From Leptospirales bacterium (lineage in GTDB: Bacteria > Spirochaetota > Leptospiria > Turneriellales > JAOUFE01): a DNA stretch of 64,000 nt. The notes beneath the pieces are model-generated. The model made no database searches. It was not told the DNA's origin and saw only the letters and a program-made list of their open reading frames with translations. The position numbers were made by a program, and so were the translations under genes. This document shows, in pieces, positions 50,676 to 61,649 of the stretch. The first letter of the stretch is position 1; the number at the start of each line of letters is the position of its first letter. The stretch is taken from positions 32,001 to 96,000 of the forward strand of contig JBEQLE010000001.1 in assembly GCA_040326155.1 (NCBI GenBank), in the 5' to 3' direction.

Positions 50676-52025
50676 CTATAATACATATTTGGAAAGGTCC
50701 TCATTTGTTATGATCGCGTCGAGCTGTTCGCGAACATATTTATCATCGATTATAATTTCCTTTCCTTTGTAATCTTCAGAATGAAACGAGATTTCTTCGA
50801 GCAACTTTTCCATGATCGTATGCAAACGTCGAGCTCCGATATTTTCCGATTTTGTATTCATCTCTGTTGCAATTTTTGCAACTTCCCCCAGACCGGAACG
50901 TTCAAACTTTAAAGCAATATCTTCGGTCGACAAAAGGGCCTGGTACTGCTTAGTTAAAGCGTTCTTCGGATTTTGCAATATCGCATTATAATCCGCTTCG
51001 GTAAGAGACTTAAGTTCTACACGAATAGGGAATCGCCCTTGAAGCTCAGGAATTAAATCGGATACCGAAGAGACATGAAAAGCGCCGGCGGCTATAAACA
51101 AGATGTGATCGGTTTTGACCGTCCCATGCCGAGTGTTCACACTCGAACCTTCTACCAGAGGTAAAATATCGCGTTGCACTCCTTCGCGTGAAATGTCCGC
51201 TGAACTTTTGGAAGCTCGTGAACTGATTTTATCGATCTCGTCAAAAAATACGATTCCGTTTTGTTCTACACCTTCAATTGCCTCAGCTTTAATTTTATCA
51301 TGATCAAGTAAATTATCCATTTCTTCTTCAAATAGTACTTTTCTCGCTTCCGAAATTGGAACTTTTTTATTAGACTTTTTCTTGGGCATCATATCGCCCA
51401 ACAGGCTTTGCATCTGGTTTTCAAGATCTTCCATCCCGGGCATTGCCATAATCTGCATACTTGGATTTTGCGATGTAGTCGTCGCCCTGACCTCAATTTC
51501 ACGATCTTCAAGATTACCGGCATGCAGTTTTTTTCGAAACATTTCGCGAATATTCTGATCTTCTTCACTTAGCGCGTCTTTAGAGCTGTCTCCGCCTGAA
51601 ACAAGAATATCCAGAATGCGCTCTTCCACTTTTTGTTCACTCACCTTCTGGTATTTTTCTTCGTGTTTTTTACGATACATCTTAATCGACATACTTACAA
51701 GATCGCGAATCATGCTCTCAACATCGCGCCCCACATACCCGACTTCGGTAAATTTCGTCGCTTCCACTTTTACAAAAGGAGCATCGACGAGCCGTGCCAG
51801 GCGTCTGGCAATTTCTGTTTTCCCAACACCGGTTGGACCAATCATTATTATATTTTTTGGATGAATCTCCTCTTGAATCGGATCGTCACCCAGTGCCATT
51901 CTTCTCACCCTGTTTCGAAGAGCAACGGCGACCGCTCTTTTAGCATCATCCTGGCCAATTATAAACTCATCTAATTTTTTTACTATTTCTTTAGGTTTTA
52001 ATCCATCTAACATATTTTTAACCAA
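50676..52025 (-). CDS. hslU: HslU ATPase subunit
   Basis: [66 protein letters not shown]. Confidence 0.98.
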   Translation of the reverse strand: MVKNMLDGLKPKEIVKKLDEFIIGQDDAKRAVAVALRNRVRRMALGDDPIQEEIHPKNIIMIGPTGVGKTEIARRLARLVDAPFVKVEATKFTEVGYVGRDVESMIRDLVSMSIKMYRKKHEEKYQKVSEQKVEERILDILVSGGDSSKDALSEEDQNIREMFRKKLHAGNLEDREIEVRATTTSQNPSMQIMAMPGMEDLENQMQSLLGDMMPKKKSNKKVPISEARKVLFEEEMDNLLDHDKIKAEAIEGVEQNGIVFFDEIDKISSRASKSSADISREGVQRDILPLVEGSSVNTRHGTVKTDHILFIAAGAFHVSSVSDLIPELQGRFPIRVELKSLTEADYNAILQNPKNALTKQYQALLSTEDIALKFERSGLGEVAKIATEMNTKSENIGARRLHTIMEKLLEEISFHSEDYKGKEIIIDDKYVREQLDAIITNEDLSKYVL

Positions 52026-52563
52026 TTTCCTCTATTATAATTTCTTGATTCGTATACACACAAATATCTGCAGCAATGTACAACGACTTTTCAACGATTT
52101 CTTTTGCATTCAGTTTGGTATTTGCTATTAAAGCTTTCGCTGCCGCTGCCGCGTAGTTACCACCAGAACCAATTGCCAGTACGCCGTCTTGAGGTTCAAT
52201 AACATCTCCATTTCCTGAAATTAATAGCATTTTTTTGCCATCAGAAACAATCATCATTGCTTCAAGACGACGCAACATACGATCGGTACGCCAGTCTTTA
52301 GCAAGCTCAACAGCCGAACGCATTAAATTTCCAGAATAAGCTTGAAGCTTCTTTTCGAAAAGTTCAAGCAAAGTAAAAGCGTCAGCAGTAGAACCGGCAA
52401 ACCCCGCTATAATTTTATTCTCATATATTTTCCGCACTTTTATAGCATTGCCTTTCACCACGGTTTGACCGAGCGAAACTTGCCCGTCTCCCGCCATGGC
52501 AATTTTTCCATCTTTTTCTATGCAACAGATGGTAGTGCCATGCATTTTATTTGAATCACTCAT
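52018..52563 (-). CDS. hslV: HslV protease subunit
   Basis: [43 protein letters not shown]. Confidence 0.98.
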   Translation of the reverse strand: MSDSNKMHGTTICCIEKDGKIAMAGDGQVSLGQTVVKGNAIKVRKIYENKIIAGFAGSTADAFTLLELFEKKLQAYSGNLMRSAVELAKDWRTDRMLRRLEAMMIVSDGKKMLLISGNGDVIEPQDGVLAIGSGGNYAAAAAKALIANTKLNAKEIVEKSLYIAADICVYTNQEIIIEEIG

Positions 52564-53528
52564 AATTTATTTCCTTTTTTAGCATGCGGATGACAGTTTC
52601 GAAACGTATTTTGTATTCTTTCTTTTGCTACATGCGTATAGTTTTGTGTAGTTGAAACACTCGAATGGCCCAACATCTCCTGGACAACCCGAATATCAGC
52701 TCCGGAATTCAACATATCCGTGGCAAACGTATGTCGAAGCGTATGTGGACTAACGTCTTCGTTGGCCAATAGCAGAGACTTCCGTTTCTTTAAAATATAA
52801 GCAGCGCCTCTTCTGGAGAGTCTACCACCGCGATAATTTATAAACAAAGCGGTTTTGTCCATGTTTTCCCGGTCAACACCTTTTAAAACATTTTTTAAAA
52901 CAATAGTGCGCGCTTCCAGATAAAGCTCAAGAGCCTCTTTGGCTTTTACACCAACAAAAACAACTCTCTGTTTTCCGCCTTTGCCTTCAATCACTAAATT
53001 TTCTTTTATACTGCCATTCATTTCAATAACTTCTTCAGCATTTAACGGCAACATTTCGGAAATTCTCATTCCACTGGAATACAGAGTTTCCAGAATTGCT
53101 CTGTCCCGAATTTGTATCCAGGGCAGCTGGTCGGTTCCATCTTCCAAATAACGCTCCATTTCTACAGGCCGCAATGGTTTCGGCAAAGAACGATTATATT
53201 TTGGCGAACGTAATTTCTTTAACGTGTTTTTTTCAATAATGTCATTTCGTTCGCAATACGAGTAAAACGATTTTAGACTGGCGGTTTTCCTGGCCTGAGA
53301 ACTTTTCGATATTCCCTTCTCACTACGAAGTTCGCTTAAAAATGCATACACACTTTGTTGTTCCACCGTAACCCAGTCAATTTTCTCTCGTTCAATGTAC
53401 GTTACCCACTGTGTTAAATCATTACGATAGGCATCAAGTGTATTCACCGAATAATGTTTTTCAAATTCGAGGTAGCTAAAAAATGAATTCAGCTGTGTAT
53501 CTATTTGCAAATCCATATTCTCTGGCAA
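52560..53528 (-). CDS. xerC: Tyrosine recombinase XerC-like
   Basis: [36 protein letters not shown]; conserved topA-xerC-hslV-hslU context. Confidence 0.9.
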   Translation of the reverse strand: MPENMDLQIDTQLNSFFSYLEFEKHYSVNTLDAYRNDLTQWVTYIEREKIDWVTVEQQSVYAFLSELRSEKGISKSSQARKTASLKSFYSYCERNDIIEKNTLKKLRSPKYNRSLPKPLRPVEMERYLEDGTDQLPWIQIRDRAILETLYSSGMRISEMLPLNAEEVIEMNGSIKENLVIEGKGGKQRVVFVGVKAKEALELYLEARTIVLKNVLKGVDRENMDKTALFINYRGGRLSRRGAAYILKKRKSLLLANEDVSPHTLRHTFATDMLNSGADIRVVQEMLGHSSVSTTQNYTHVAKERIQNTFRNCHPHAKKGNKL

Positions 53529-53529
53529 C

Positions 53530-55650
53530 TCAGTCAGTTTTTTGCTCCATTACAAATTTACAAGCGGGATTTTGACAAGTGAGCGTTATTCCGCTTTTTT
53601 TAACTTTTTGTCCCATAATGGATTCGCATTGCGGACAACTCTGCTGCGAGGGTTTGTCGAGCATTGTAAATTCACATCCGCTGGAAGCATAGTTTTCACA
53701 ACCGTAAAACTTACGCCCTTTTTTCGAAGCTTTAGAAACAACATTACCAGCACACAATGGACATTTACCGAGTGGAATACTTTCGGTATATCGACATCCC
53801 CCTGCGAAATTTGCACAGCCTATAAAATAGCCATTTTTTCCAAGCTTTTTTTGCAGGGCATTACCACAGTCAGGACAGTCTCGACCGATGGGTATGCGAA
53901 TAATATGTGACATATCCGGCATACTTTCCCCGGCAGCTTTCAGAACATCCTGAAAGGGAAAGAAAAAATCACCAAGCATTTTTTTCCAGGCAATTGTCCC
54001 CTTGGCGACATCATCCAAAGTCTCTTCCAGGTTTGCTGTAAACTCCAGATCTACAATATCAGCAAAATGGTCTTGCAAAAGACCGCTGACAAGCATACCA
54101 AGCTGGGTGGGTAAAATTTGTCTGCCTTTTCTTTCGATATAAGATCTTTTATCGAGAGTCGCCATAGTCGGAACATACGTTGCAGGACGTCCAATACCTG
54201 ACTCTTCCATTTTACGAATAAGAGAGGCCTCTGTATAACGCGGCGGTGGCTGGGTAAATTTTTGCATTTTTTCAAAAGTGTGAATTTCCAGAGCCAGCCC
54301 CGGTTCAAATTTTGGTATATGCTCTTTTTTATTTTCCCCAGATGGAAAAACAGCGCGATAACCGGGAAAAGTCTGTCTACCTGAAGAGAACCGAAACAGA
54401 TACATTTCATCATTCGATAAAACTTCAATGGTTACCAGTTCATCTACACCCGTAGTCATTTGCGAACCGACAAAACGCTTCCAGATTAAATCGTACAGCT
54501 TGAACTGATCTCGGCTTAAATATTGCGAAATTGAAGCCGGGGTTCGCATTACATCGGTCGGGCGAATTGCTTCGTGAGCGTCCTGGGCCGATTTTTTTGA
54601 CGCATATATATTTGCTTTTTCGGGAAGGTATTCAGACGAAAATTTTTCTTTAATATAACTTCTAGCCATTCCCAGACCGGCTTCTGAAATTCTTGTCGAA
54701 TCTGTTCTCATATAGGTGATTAAACCGGTTGGTCCGCCTTCACCCAGATCGACACCTTCGTATAGACTCTGAGCAACAGACATAGTTTTCTGAGCACGGT
54801 AACCCAGCCGGGTCGATGCGTCTTGTTGCAAACGACTGGTAATATAGGGCGTAGGAGGCTTGCTCTTTCTTTCGGATATTTTTCGAACAGTAGTCGAGAA
54901 TGACTGTTTTAAACAGGTTTCTTCAATATGCTGCGCTGTATCTCCATTGGTGATGTTTACTTTTTCGCCGCCAACCTGAACAAGCTTAAAAATTACGGCT
55001 TTATCTTTTGCCTTAGCCAGGTCGTGCTCAAAAGTACTTTCTACTTCCCAGAATTCAACGGGTTTAAAATCTTTAATCTCATTTTCTCTGACAGTAATAA
55101 TTTTTAAAGCCGCCGACTGAACACGCCCGGCAGAAAACCTTTTAGAGCTAAATTTTTCTTGCAAAATAGGAGAAATACTGTAACCAACCAGACGATCGAG
55201 CAATCTACGAGCCTGCTGAGAATTCACCATCAACATGTCGATTTCTCTAGGATGGCTGATGGCATCTTTTACGGCCTCTTCGGTAATTTCATTAAATTCA
55301 ATTCTTTGAATATTATCGTTCACGGCTGAGAGGGCCCGTTCAAGGTGCCAACTGATCGCTTCACCTTCCCGGTCAGGGTCAGTCGCAAGTAAGACATTTA
55401 CGGAAGATTTTGCAGCTTTTTTCAATTCGGCTAAATCTTTTCCTTTACCGCGTATAGTTATGTATTGCGCTTCAAAATTATTTTCAATATCAATACCCAT
55501 TTTACTTTTAGGCAGGTCAATTAAGTGCCCTTTTGAGGACTCAATTCTATAGTCCGGTCCCAGAAACTTTGCCAGAGAACGAATTTTTGTCGGGGACTCA
55601 ACAACAATTAACGTTTTAGTTTTTTTTGATTTCTTAGTTTTAGTAGCCAT
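53530..55650 (-). CDS. topA: DNA topoisomerase I
   Basis: IVVESPTK, ATDPDREGEAI, SAGRVQS, ITYMRTDS, C-terminal zinc ribbons. Confidence 0.98.
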   Translation of the reverse strand: MATKTKKSKKTKTLIVVESPTKIRSLAKFLGPDYRIESSKGHLIDLPKSKMGIDIENNFEAQYITIRGKGKDLAELKKAAKSSVNVLLATDPDREGEAISWHLERALSAVNDNIQRIEFNEITEEAVKDAISHPREIDMLMVNSQQARRLLDRLVGYSISPILQEKFSSKRFSAGRVQSAALKIITVRENEIKDFKPVEFWEVESTFEHDLAKAKDKAVIFKLVQVGGEKVNITNGDTAQHIEETCLKQSFSTTVRKISERKSKPPTPYITSRLQQDASTRLGYRAQKTMSVAQSLYEGVDLGEGGPTGLITYMRTDSTRISEAGLGMARSYIKEKFSSEYLPEKANIYASKKSAQDAHEAIRPTDVMRTPASISQYLSRDQFKLYDLIWKRFVGSQMTTGVDELVTIEVLSNDEMYLFRFSSGRQTFPGYRAVFPSGENKKEHIPKFEPGLALEIHTFEKMQKFTQPPPRYTEASLIRKMEESGIGRPATYVPTMATLDKRSYIERKGRQILPTQLGMLVSGLLQDHFADIVDLEFTANLEETLDDVAKGTIAWKKMLGDFFFPFQDVLKAAGESMPDMSHIIRIPIGRDCPDCGNALQKKLGKNGYFIGCANFAGGCRYTESIPLGKCPLCAGNVVSKASKKGRKFYGCENYASSGCEFTMLDKPSQQSCPQCESIMGQKVKKSGITLTCQNPACKFVMEQKTD

Positions 55651-55687
55651 AATCTATTTTATACTATCGGACAAAGACGATATTCTT

Positions 55688-56710
55688 TCATTCAAGTTCT
55701 TTCTGATTTAAATAAAAAATCCGAAAATTTAAACTTTCGTCGCCTTTTTTCCAAACCGCCTTTTTATTTTTTTCCAACTCATGAATTTTTTCCATAGCAG
55801 CCTCTTGGACAATTAACCCTTTCTTCGGCGCTTTCGTAGCTATTGCCTGAGCTACTCTCAACCCCTCAAATGATATATCTTTATCTTTGTGTAATATCGC
55901 TCCCGCTTGAATCTCTCTTTCTAGAAATGGATGCGTTCCGGTAAAGTAAACTTTCAATAACCTGTCGAATACTTTTTTTGACAAGTATCCCCTGTAAAAG
56001 TGAGGACCTGCCTCCAGGTATAAAAACATCTTCCGTAGTTTCCGTCCTTCTTTTGTTGAAAACGCATTTTCCGGGTCGTAAGGGTTGCAAACCACATAAA
56101 GTGCAATTAGATCGGAGTTTCCTGTTACGGACCCCAGGTATCGAAAGCCAAAATACAAAAGAAACAAAAACACAACAGCTAAATTTGCATATAGATAATC
56201 ACTGCTTTGCCATATACCGGTATAAAATTTTTTCATTTCGGGCATCGTATATTGAAACTGCCACCGTACTAGATTACTTTCATTTTTTGTGTGGCAAATT
56301 AAACAAGGCTTAGCAGGATGTTCCGTATAGGTAATAAGTTCTGGAGAGAGCTTTTCATAACCGGTTTTTACACTTTCACCGTTTTCCAGTTTATTCGGTA
56401 CAAAACGCGCTTTTGTTTGAATACAATCTTTTGATGCACCCTCATCATCGTTTAACCCGGCACATTGAAACAGAGGTTTCCACACATAAGGCTCGGCTGC
56501 TGAAAGTTTCAAGTTGACCAGCTCTCTTTTTCGAATTTCAAGAGCTCGATAATAGAAAAAACCACTTTTATCGCGTGATTCTTTTTTATAGAGCAGAAAA
56601 ACAACAGCGTTCAGAAGAATAAACACCCCAACCAGAAAAGCCAGAAACGTTTTTGGCCAGAAGGAAGGGTGAAATAACCAATTTTTCCAAACTCTGGTCG
56701 CAGCCCACAC
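55688..56710 (-). CDS. Membrane protein with extracytoplasmic CxxCH motif and degenerate class III cyclase-like C-terminal domain
   Basis: 2 TM; CLICH at 56305-56291; C-terminal IQAGAILHKDKDISFEGLRVAQAIATKAPKKGLIVQE resembles the cyclase core. Confidence 0.6.
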   Translation of the reverse strand: MWAATRVWKNWLFHPSFWPKTFLAFLVGVFILLNAVVFLLYKKESRDKSGFFYYRALEIRKRELVNLKLSAAEPYVWKPLFQCAGLNDDEGASKDCIQTKARFVPNKLENGESVKTGYEKLSPELITYTEHPAKPCLICHTKNESNLVRWQFQYTMPEMKKFYTGIWQSSDYLYANLAVVFLFLLYFGFRYLGSVTGNSDLIALYVVCNPYDPENAFSTKEGRKLRKMFLYLEAGPHFYRGYLSKKVFDRLLKVYFTGTHPFLEREIQAGAILHKDKDISFEGLRVAQAIATKAPKKGLIVQEAAMEKIHELEKNKKAVWKKGDESLNFRIFYLNQKELE

Positions 56711-56713
56711 TAG

Positions 56714-57736
56714 TTATGTTCCTTTCAGAAAAATCTCTAATTCCTTTGCATGGCCATATTTCTGAAGCTTAAGGAGGGTCTTTTTCTCAATCTGGCGAAC
56801 TCGTTCTTTAGATAAACTGAATTCTTTTCCGGCCTGGGTCAACGAAAGTCTTGGTTTATTATTCAATCCAAAACGAAACTCAATAATTGCTTTCTCTGAC
56901 TTGGTAAGTTCTTCGAGTATGGAGTTAATGGCCTCATGCAGGGCAATATTCATCACCTGTGTTTCAGGCGATTCGTATTTATCGTCTTCGATCGTTGACA
57001 TCTGCGTATTTTCAGAGTCGGTTCCAAGAGGCGCATCTAACGATACATAGTCAGCAGAGACTAGTTTCAACCACTTTATTTCGTCTTCAGGAATATCAAT
57101 ACGATCTGCAATCTGAGCAATAGTAGGTTCAACACCCAACTCATGTTCGAGCTCTTTTTGAACCTTCTCAATTCGATTTAAATCGATGGTTCGATTCATG
57201 GGTAGACGTATAATGGACGCTTTTTGATTTATAGCGAGTATAATGGCCTGGCGAATCCACCAGACTGCGTAACTGATAAAATGAAATCCCATATTAGGGT
57301 CAAACCTTTCAGATGCTTTTATTAAACCCATATTTCCTTCGTTAATTAAATCAAGAAGAGAAATACCATATTTCTGGTACTTTTTTGCCACTTGCACCAC
57401 AAAACGCAAGTTTGCAACAATCAAGCGCTCTTTGGCTTTTTCATTACCCGCAATCGCTTGTCTGGCATAAGTATCTTCTTCTTCGCGACTCAATAAGGGT
57501 ATTTTATTAATTTCTTCAAGATACCATTGAATACTGGATTCAGTATAAGGGTGTTTATTTTTTACTGCTTTTTTCCTGGTTTTAGTCGTTTTTTTAGGCT
57601 TTCCAGTATCTTCTTTTTCCTTTATATCTTCTTCAGATACTTCAGACAACCCTTCTACCTTCGAAACAACATCTTTCTTTTTGACTTTTTTAGAGCCGGT
57701 TGTCTCTTTAGTAACATTTTTGCTGCTTTTTTTCAT
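56714..57736 (-). CDS. Sigma-70 family factor, RpoD/RpoS-like, lacking a typical region 1.1
   Basis: YLEEINKIPLLSREEE (1.2), ANLRFVVQVAKKY, HFISYAVWWIRQAI (2.3-2.4), SLDAP, LSKERVRQIE (4.2); Lys-rich N-terminus. Confidence 0.93.
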   Translation of the reverse strand: MKKSSKNVTKETTGSKKVKKKDVVSKVEGLSEVSEEDIKEKEDTGKPKKTTKTRKKAVKNKHPYTESSIQWYLEEINKIPLLSREEEDTYARQAIAGNEKAKERLIVANLRFVVQVAKKYQKYGISLLDLINEGNMGLIKASERFDPNMGFHFISYAVWWIRQAIILAINQKASIIRLPMNRTIDLNRIEKVQKELEHELGVEPTIAQIADRIDIPEDEIKWLKLVSADYVSLDAPLGTDSENTQMSTIEDDKYESPETQVMNIALHEAINSILEELTKSEKAIIEFRFGLNNKPRLSLTQAGKEFSLSKERVRQIEKKTLLKLQKYGHAKELEIFLKGT

Positions 57737-57949
57737 TATATTATACCGGAAACTTGACTATACACAATCCAGAACACCAGTTTCGCCTATGGGCGTATGA
57801 TGTAAAGGTATTCTATCGTATCTGTATTCTATTCTCAATTAGACGAAAATAACGCATAATAACCGTGAATATAAGATAATAAATGGAACACCGGTTTTCC
57901 GTTCCTGCTTTACACCCTGTCTATTTGGCGTAATAAAGTTTCAATAGTA

Positions 57950-59038
57950 ATGCACATGGAAATTATAAATAACAAACCGATCTATGGTATAGGAATTGAA
58001 TCAAGTTGCGACGAAACAGGTATTGCAATTAGCCAAAACGGGAATAAAATTCTTGCCAACCCGGTATACACGCAGATTGACTTTCATGCCCAATACGGGG
58101 GTGTCGTTCCTGAATCGGCCAGCCGTCTGCACCTTGAAAAAATTGCGCCGATGCTCCAGGAGAGTTTTTCTACAGCAGGCATTACACCGGACCAACTCTC
58201 GTATGTAGCAGTTACCGTTCGTCCGGGTCTGGTTGGTTCCCTGCTTGTGGGGTATTACACAGCCCGCGCGCTTGCCGATTTTTACGAAATTCCGCTTATA
58301 CCCATCCATCATCTCGAAGCCCATCTATATGCCATTGAAATTGCTGGAATTCCAGTCCAATACCCCTTTCTGGGTCTGCTTCTTTCAGGCGGTAATTCGG
58401 CAATATACAAAGTCGAGGGGCTCTCCAATATAACTACCATGGGAGACACACTTGACGACGCCGCAGGCGAAGCTCTCGATAAAGCGGCCGCGCTGCTGAA
58501 TCTAAGTTATCCGGGAGGGCCGGTCATTGAAAAACTGGCCCGATCGTTTGCGAACAAAGGTGAAGAAAAATTTGACGTCCTCAGAGAAAAAGGTGGGGTA
58601 AGAAACCTGGCTCGTAACCCTTTGCCAAAAATACTGGCAACCCAACCCTCCGACAAATATGAGTTCTCGTTCAGCGGTATTAAAACAGCCCTTTACTATT
58701 TGCTGGAAAAAAAAGAGAAAACGTATACACCAGAACACCTTGCCTGGGCTTTTCAAGAAAGAGTTTTTGAGATCGTACTGCGAAACGTCACAAATGCCCT
58801 CACCAATAAAAAATTTCCCCGACTGGTCGCCGCCGGCGGCGTGCTTGCCAACCAGACGCTAAAAAAACAACTCGCTGAAGCGGCGCAAAAAACCAACACT
58901 GAATTTATTTCCCCCCCACCCGAACTTTGCACCGACAACGGAGCTATGATCGCTGCGCTCGGTTTTCGCTATTTCCAAAATGGTAATTTTGAAAACCTGA
59001 GCCAGGAAGTGACTTCGTCTAAAAAGTGGGGTGTTTAA
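57950..59038 (+). CDS. tsaD: tRNA threonylcarbamoyltransferase TsaD
   Basis: GIESSCDETG, YGGVVPESASRLH, HHLEAH, TLDDAAGEALDK, FSFSGIKT, CTDNGAMIA. Confidence 0.97.
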   Translation: MHMEIINNKPIYGIGIESSCDETGIAISQNGNKILANPVYTQIDFHAQYGGVVPESASRLHLEKIAPMLQESFSTAGITPDQLSYVAVTVRPGLVGSLLVGYYTARALADFYEIPLIPIHHLEAHLYAIEIAGIPVQYPFLGLLLSGGNSAIYKVEGLSNITTMGDTLDDAAGEALDKAAALLNLSYPGGPVIEKLARSFANKGEEKFDVLREKGGVRNLARNPLPKILATQPSDKYEFSFSGIKTALYYLLEKKEKTYTPEHLAWAFQERVFEIVLRNVTNALTNKKFPRLVAAGGVLANQTLKKQLAEAAQKTNTEFISPPPELCTDNGAMIAALGFRYFQNGNFENLSQEVTSSKKWGV

Positions 59039-59049
59039 TTGACTGGACC

Positions 59050-59898
59050 TCATGAACCCGCCAACGCATCAATGAGTTTGGCGCAACCACCGTTTTTTAT
59101 ATATTCCGTATGCTCATCGATTGTCTTAAAGTTTTTTCCGGTTATTTCAGAACATAGCATTTCATAGTCGGTCACGCCCTGAAATGTTTTTAATATACGA
59201 TCTGCTTCAGGGTTACGAAACCCTGATTTTATTTTGTTTTGTTCTTTCAGTGTTTTTAGAGAGCGCATCCATATTGCAGCGCTGAGAGCGCCACAGGCAT
59301 TACCGTTTAAACCAAGGCCTCCGGCAAAACCGGCAACCATAACTATTTCCTCATCGCTGGCGCCCATTTTTCTGGCAACTTCAGAAGCGCAACTTATACA
59401 GGTTTTGGGTAAATTTGACTTTTGCGTAGACAACCCTTTCGTCGCCGCCTCGATGGCTTCGGGGGCCCACTTCTCTGACAATTTATAACATCCCAGAGCT
59501 TTTCCGGTCACTAAATATTTTGCTATACTCAAAGGATTTTTAAAATCGGCTTCGGTTATATCGGAGCACTCAACGGTTTTGGTCCTTTTAGAAAAAGATT
59601 CAACTATGTGTTGGGTCGCGGTTAAGGCCAACCCGATTGCCGAGTTAAGACTATCGCTTCTTCGAAAGGCTTCGGCTCCTGCGGCTAAGGTAGCTCCCCA
59701 TAACATACCGCATTGGTACCCTTGCCTCAATATTCCACCCGCTAAATGGTCTGAAGCGCTTTCTGCTTGTTCCTGAACATGCCCAAATTCCCGATTTAAT
59801 ATGTGGAAAAATGCGTGAGAGCAAGTTCCTTTTTTCAGAAATATTTTCTTTGCGTCATTTTTTATTCTAATTTTATTTGTTTCCATTTTTTCCCTCAT
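59050..59898 (-). CDS. C-GCAxxG-C-C family putative redox protein with two tandem domains
   Basis: Two repeats: TCSHA..LAGG..QCGMLWG..ECSDIT and SCASE..FAGG..ACGALSA..LCSEITG. Confidence 0.85.
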   Translation of the reverse strand: MREKMETNKIRIKNDAKKIFLKKGTCSHAFFHILNREFGHVQEQAESASDHLAGGILRQGYQCGMLWGATLAAGAEAFRRSDSLNSAIGLALTATQHIVESFSKRTKTVECSDITEADFKNPLSIAKYLVTGKALGCYKLSEKWAPEAIEAATKGLSTQKSNLPKTCISCASEVARKMGASDEEIVMVAGFAGGLGLNGNACGALSAAIWMRSLKTLKEQNKIKSGFRNPEADRILKTFQGVTDYEMLCSEITGKNFKTIDEHTEYIKNGGCAKLIDALAGS

Positions 59899-59916
59899 TC
59901 ATCAATCATCAATCAT

Positions 59917-60927
59917 TTAATCAGTCACTGTAATTACGACATGGCCTTTTTTCTTTCCCGCTTCGGCGTACGCGTGAGCTTCGGCAGTTTGCTCCAATGT
60001 AAAACATTTGTCAATAACGGTCTTAATCTTTCCCTGTTCCACCAGCTCTTTAATATACACCAGATCTTCTTGCTTATAGCTAGACATCGCACAAATAACT
60101 TTCTTACTACCAAAAAACTTTGTTCGTAACATTTGAAATATCGGTTTTGTTTTAAAACTTGCCAGCAAATATATTCCATTTTTCTTTAAAGATTTGTTAC
60201 AAGCCGAAAAGGAGCTCTTGCCCAGCACATCGAGAATGATATCATAGGTCTGCCCGTTGGAAGTAAAATCTTCTTTCGTGTAATCTACGACATAATCTGC
60301 TCCGAGCGATTTTATATAGTCTAACCTTGCAGTGCTGCACACCCCGGTAACTTCAGCTCCAAAAGATTTAGCCAACTGGAGAGCGTAACTTCCAATACTT
60401 CCGGAAGCTCCATTAATTAAAATTTTAGAATTTTCCCATTCTATATTTTTAGAATCGAGTTTTCTAAGTACATTCAGGGCCGTTAATGCCCCATAGGGGA
60501 CCGTACATGCCTCTTCAAAAGTCATATTACCCGGCTTTAAAGCCACCAGACCGTCAGCCTTCATGCATATGTATTCTGCATTGGCGCCAAACTTCGCTTC
60601 GGGGTATGCAAAAACGAGATCGCCTTCTTTAAAATTTTTGACATCTTTGCCTACGGCTTTCACCTGCCCTGCCAATTCACTTCCGAGAATATTTATTTTG
60701 GGTTTCCAGACACCAAACACAAGGCGCACCATAGGCAACAAAAATAGAGGCATGTTAAATTGACTGGAGGTTATATTTCCAAAATTCCGTGCGAGCATAT
60801 CGCCATAATTGACAGGCGTAGCATGCACCTTAATTAAAACTTCATTATCTTTCGGAACCGGTTGTTCCACCTCTTCAAGCTTTAGAACCTCCGGGCCTCC
60901 GTATTCTGTGTATACAATTGCTTTCAT
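59917..60927 (-). CDS. NAD(P)-dependent MDR-family oxidoreductase (zinc-independent)
   Basis: MKAIVYTEYGGPEVL, GANAEY, LINGASGSIGSYALQLAK, LGADYVVDY. Confidence 0.93.
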   Translation of the reverse strand: MKAIVYTEYGGPEVLKLEEVEQPVPKDNEVLIKVHATPVNYGDMLARNFGNITSSQFNMPLFLLPMVRLVFGVWKPKINILGSELAGQVKAVGKDVKNFKEGDLVFAYPEAKFGANAEYICMKADGLVALKPGNMTFEEACTVPYGALTALNVLRKLDSKNIEWENSKILINGASGSIGSYALQLAKSFGAEVTGVCSTARLDYIKSLGADYVVDYTKEDFTSNGQTYDIILDVLGKSSFSACNKSLKKNGIYLLASFKTKPIFQMLRTKFFGSKKVICAMSSYKQEDLVYIKELVEQGKIKTVIDKCFTLEQTAEAHAYAEAGKKKGHVVITVTD

Positions 60928-60961
60928 TTTATACTCCTTAAGTTACAAAATTTTTAAAACT

Positions 60962-61189
60962 TCAATTGACTTTCTCTTCTAAATTATAAGAGAAAACCTC
61001 TTCCAACGGTATGCCAAACACATGAGAAATGCGAAAGGCTAAATCAAGAGAGGGCGAATATTTTCCTTTTTCGATGGCTACAATTGTTTGCCGTGACACT
61101 CCTGCATTTTCCGCCAGTAGTTGCTGGGTCATTTCATCATGGTTAAAACGTAATTTTCGAATGTTATTACTGACAAGATATTTACTCAT
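60962..61189 (-). CDS. XRE-family HTH regulator
   Basis: MTQQLLAENAGVSRQTIVAIEKGKYSPSLDLAFRI. Confidence 0.95.
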   Translation of the reverse strand: MSKYLVSNNIRKLRFNHDEMTQQLLAENAGVSRQTIVAIEKGKYSPSLDLAFRISHVFGIPLEEVFSYNLEEKVN

Positions 61190-61190
61190 C

Positions 61191-61649
61191 TTAGACTCCT
61201 CTACGATACAAATAGAGTTTTATAATTTCACCCAGTCCATTGCCAAAAAACATAGAGTACATAATGAACAAGAAAACCATAAAAGGCGCAATTCCCAGAG
61301 CGAGTGCCCCCATGGAGCCGACAAATCCGACACCAAAGGCTATAAAAGAGACCTGCATTCCTTTAAGTTCAATCAGTTTGTCGCGCTCATCCGTAACCGA
61401 TTGTACTTTTTCTTTGGTTATTATCGCATAAAAAATATTGAATAGAATGGAAACGGCGATGGTAACTAAGATACTGGCGCAAATCAATACAAAAATAGAT
61501 TTTCCCACAAGGGCGGCCGCACCGGCTCCATCGAAACGCCCTTCCTGGTACATATTAAACATGTACATTCCATAGAGTCCAAATACTATTATAGAGCTGA
61601 TTAAATTTGCGATTGTATTTCTTTCTTGATATGACATTCCGTCCTCCAT
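61191..61649 (-). CDS. Membrane protein partnered with the XRE regulator (DUF2178-like)
   Basis: 4 TM, DERDKLIELK motif, ends YRRGV; stop 1 nt before the XRE ATG. Confidence 0.8.
   Translation of the reverse strand: MEDGMSYQERNTIANLISSIIVFGLYGMYMFNMYQEGRFDGAGAAALVGKSIFVLICASILVTIAVSILFNIFYAIITKEKVQSVTDERDKLIELKGMQVSFIAFGVGFVGSMGALALGIAPFMVFLFIMYSMFFGNGLGEIIKLYLYRRGV

Noticed and set aside
52560..53528. Phage or integron integrase
   Set aside because: It sits in the housekeeping topA-xerC-hslV-hslU run and shows no IntI-specific insertion; best read as XerC.
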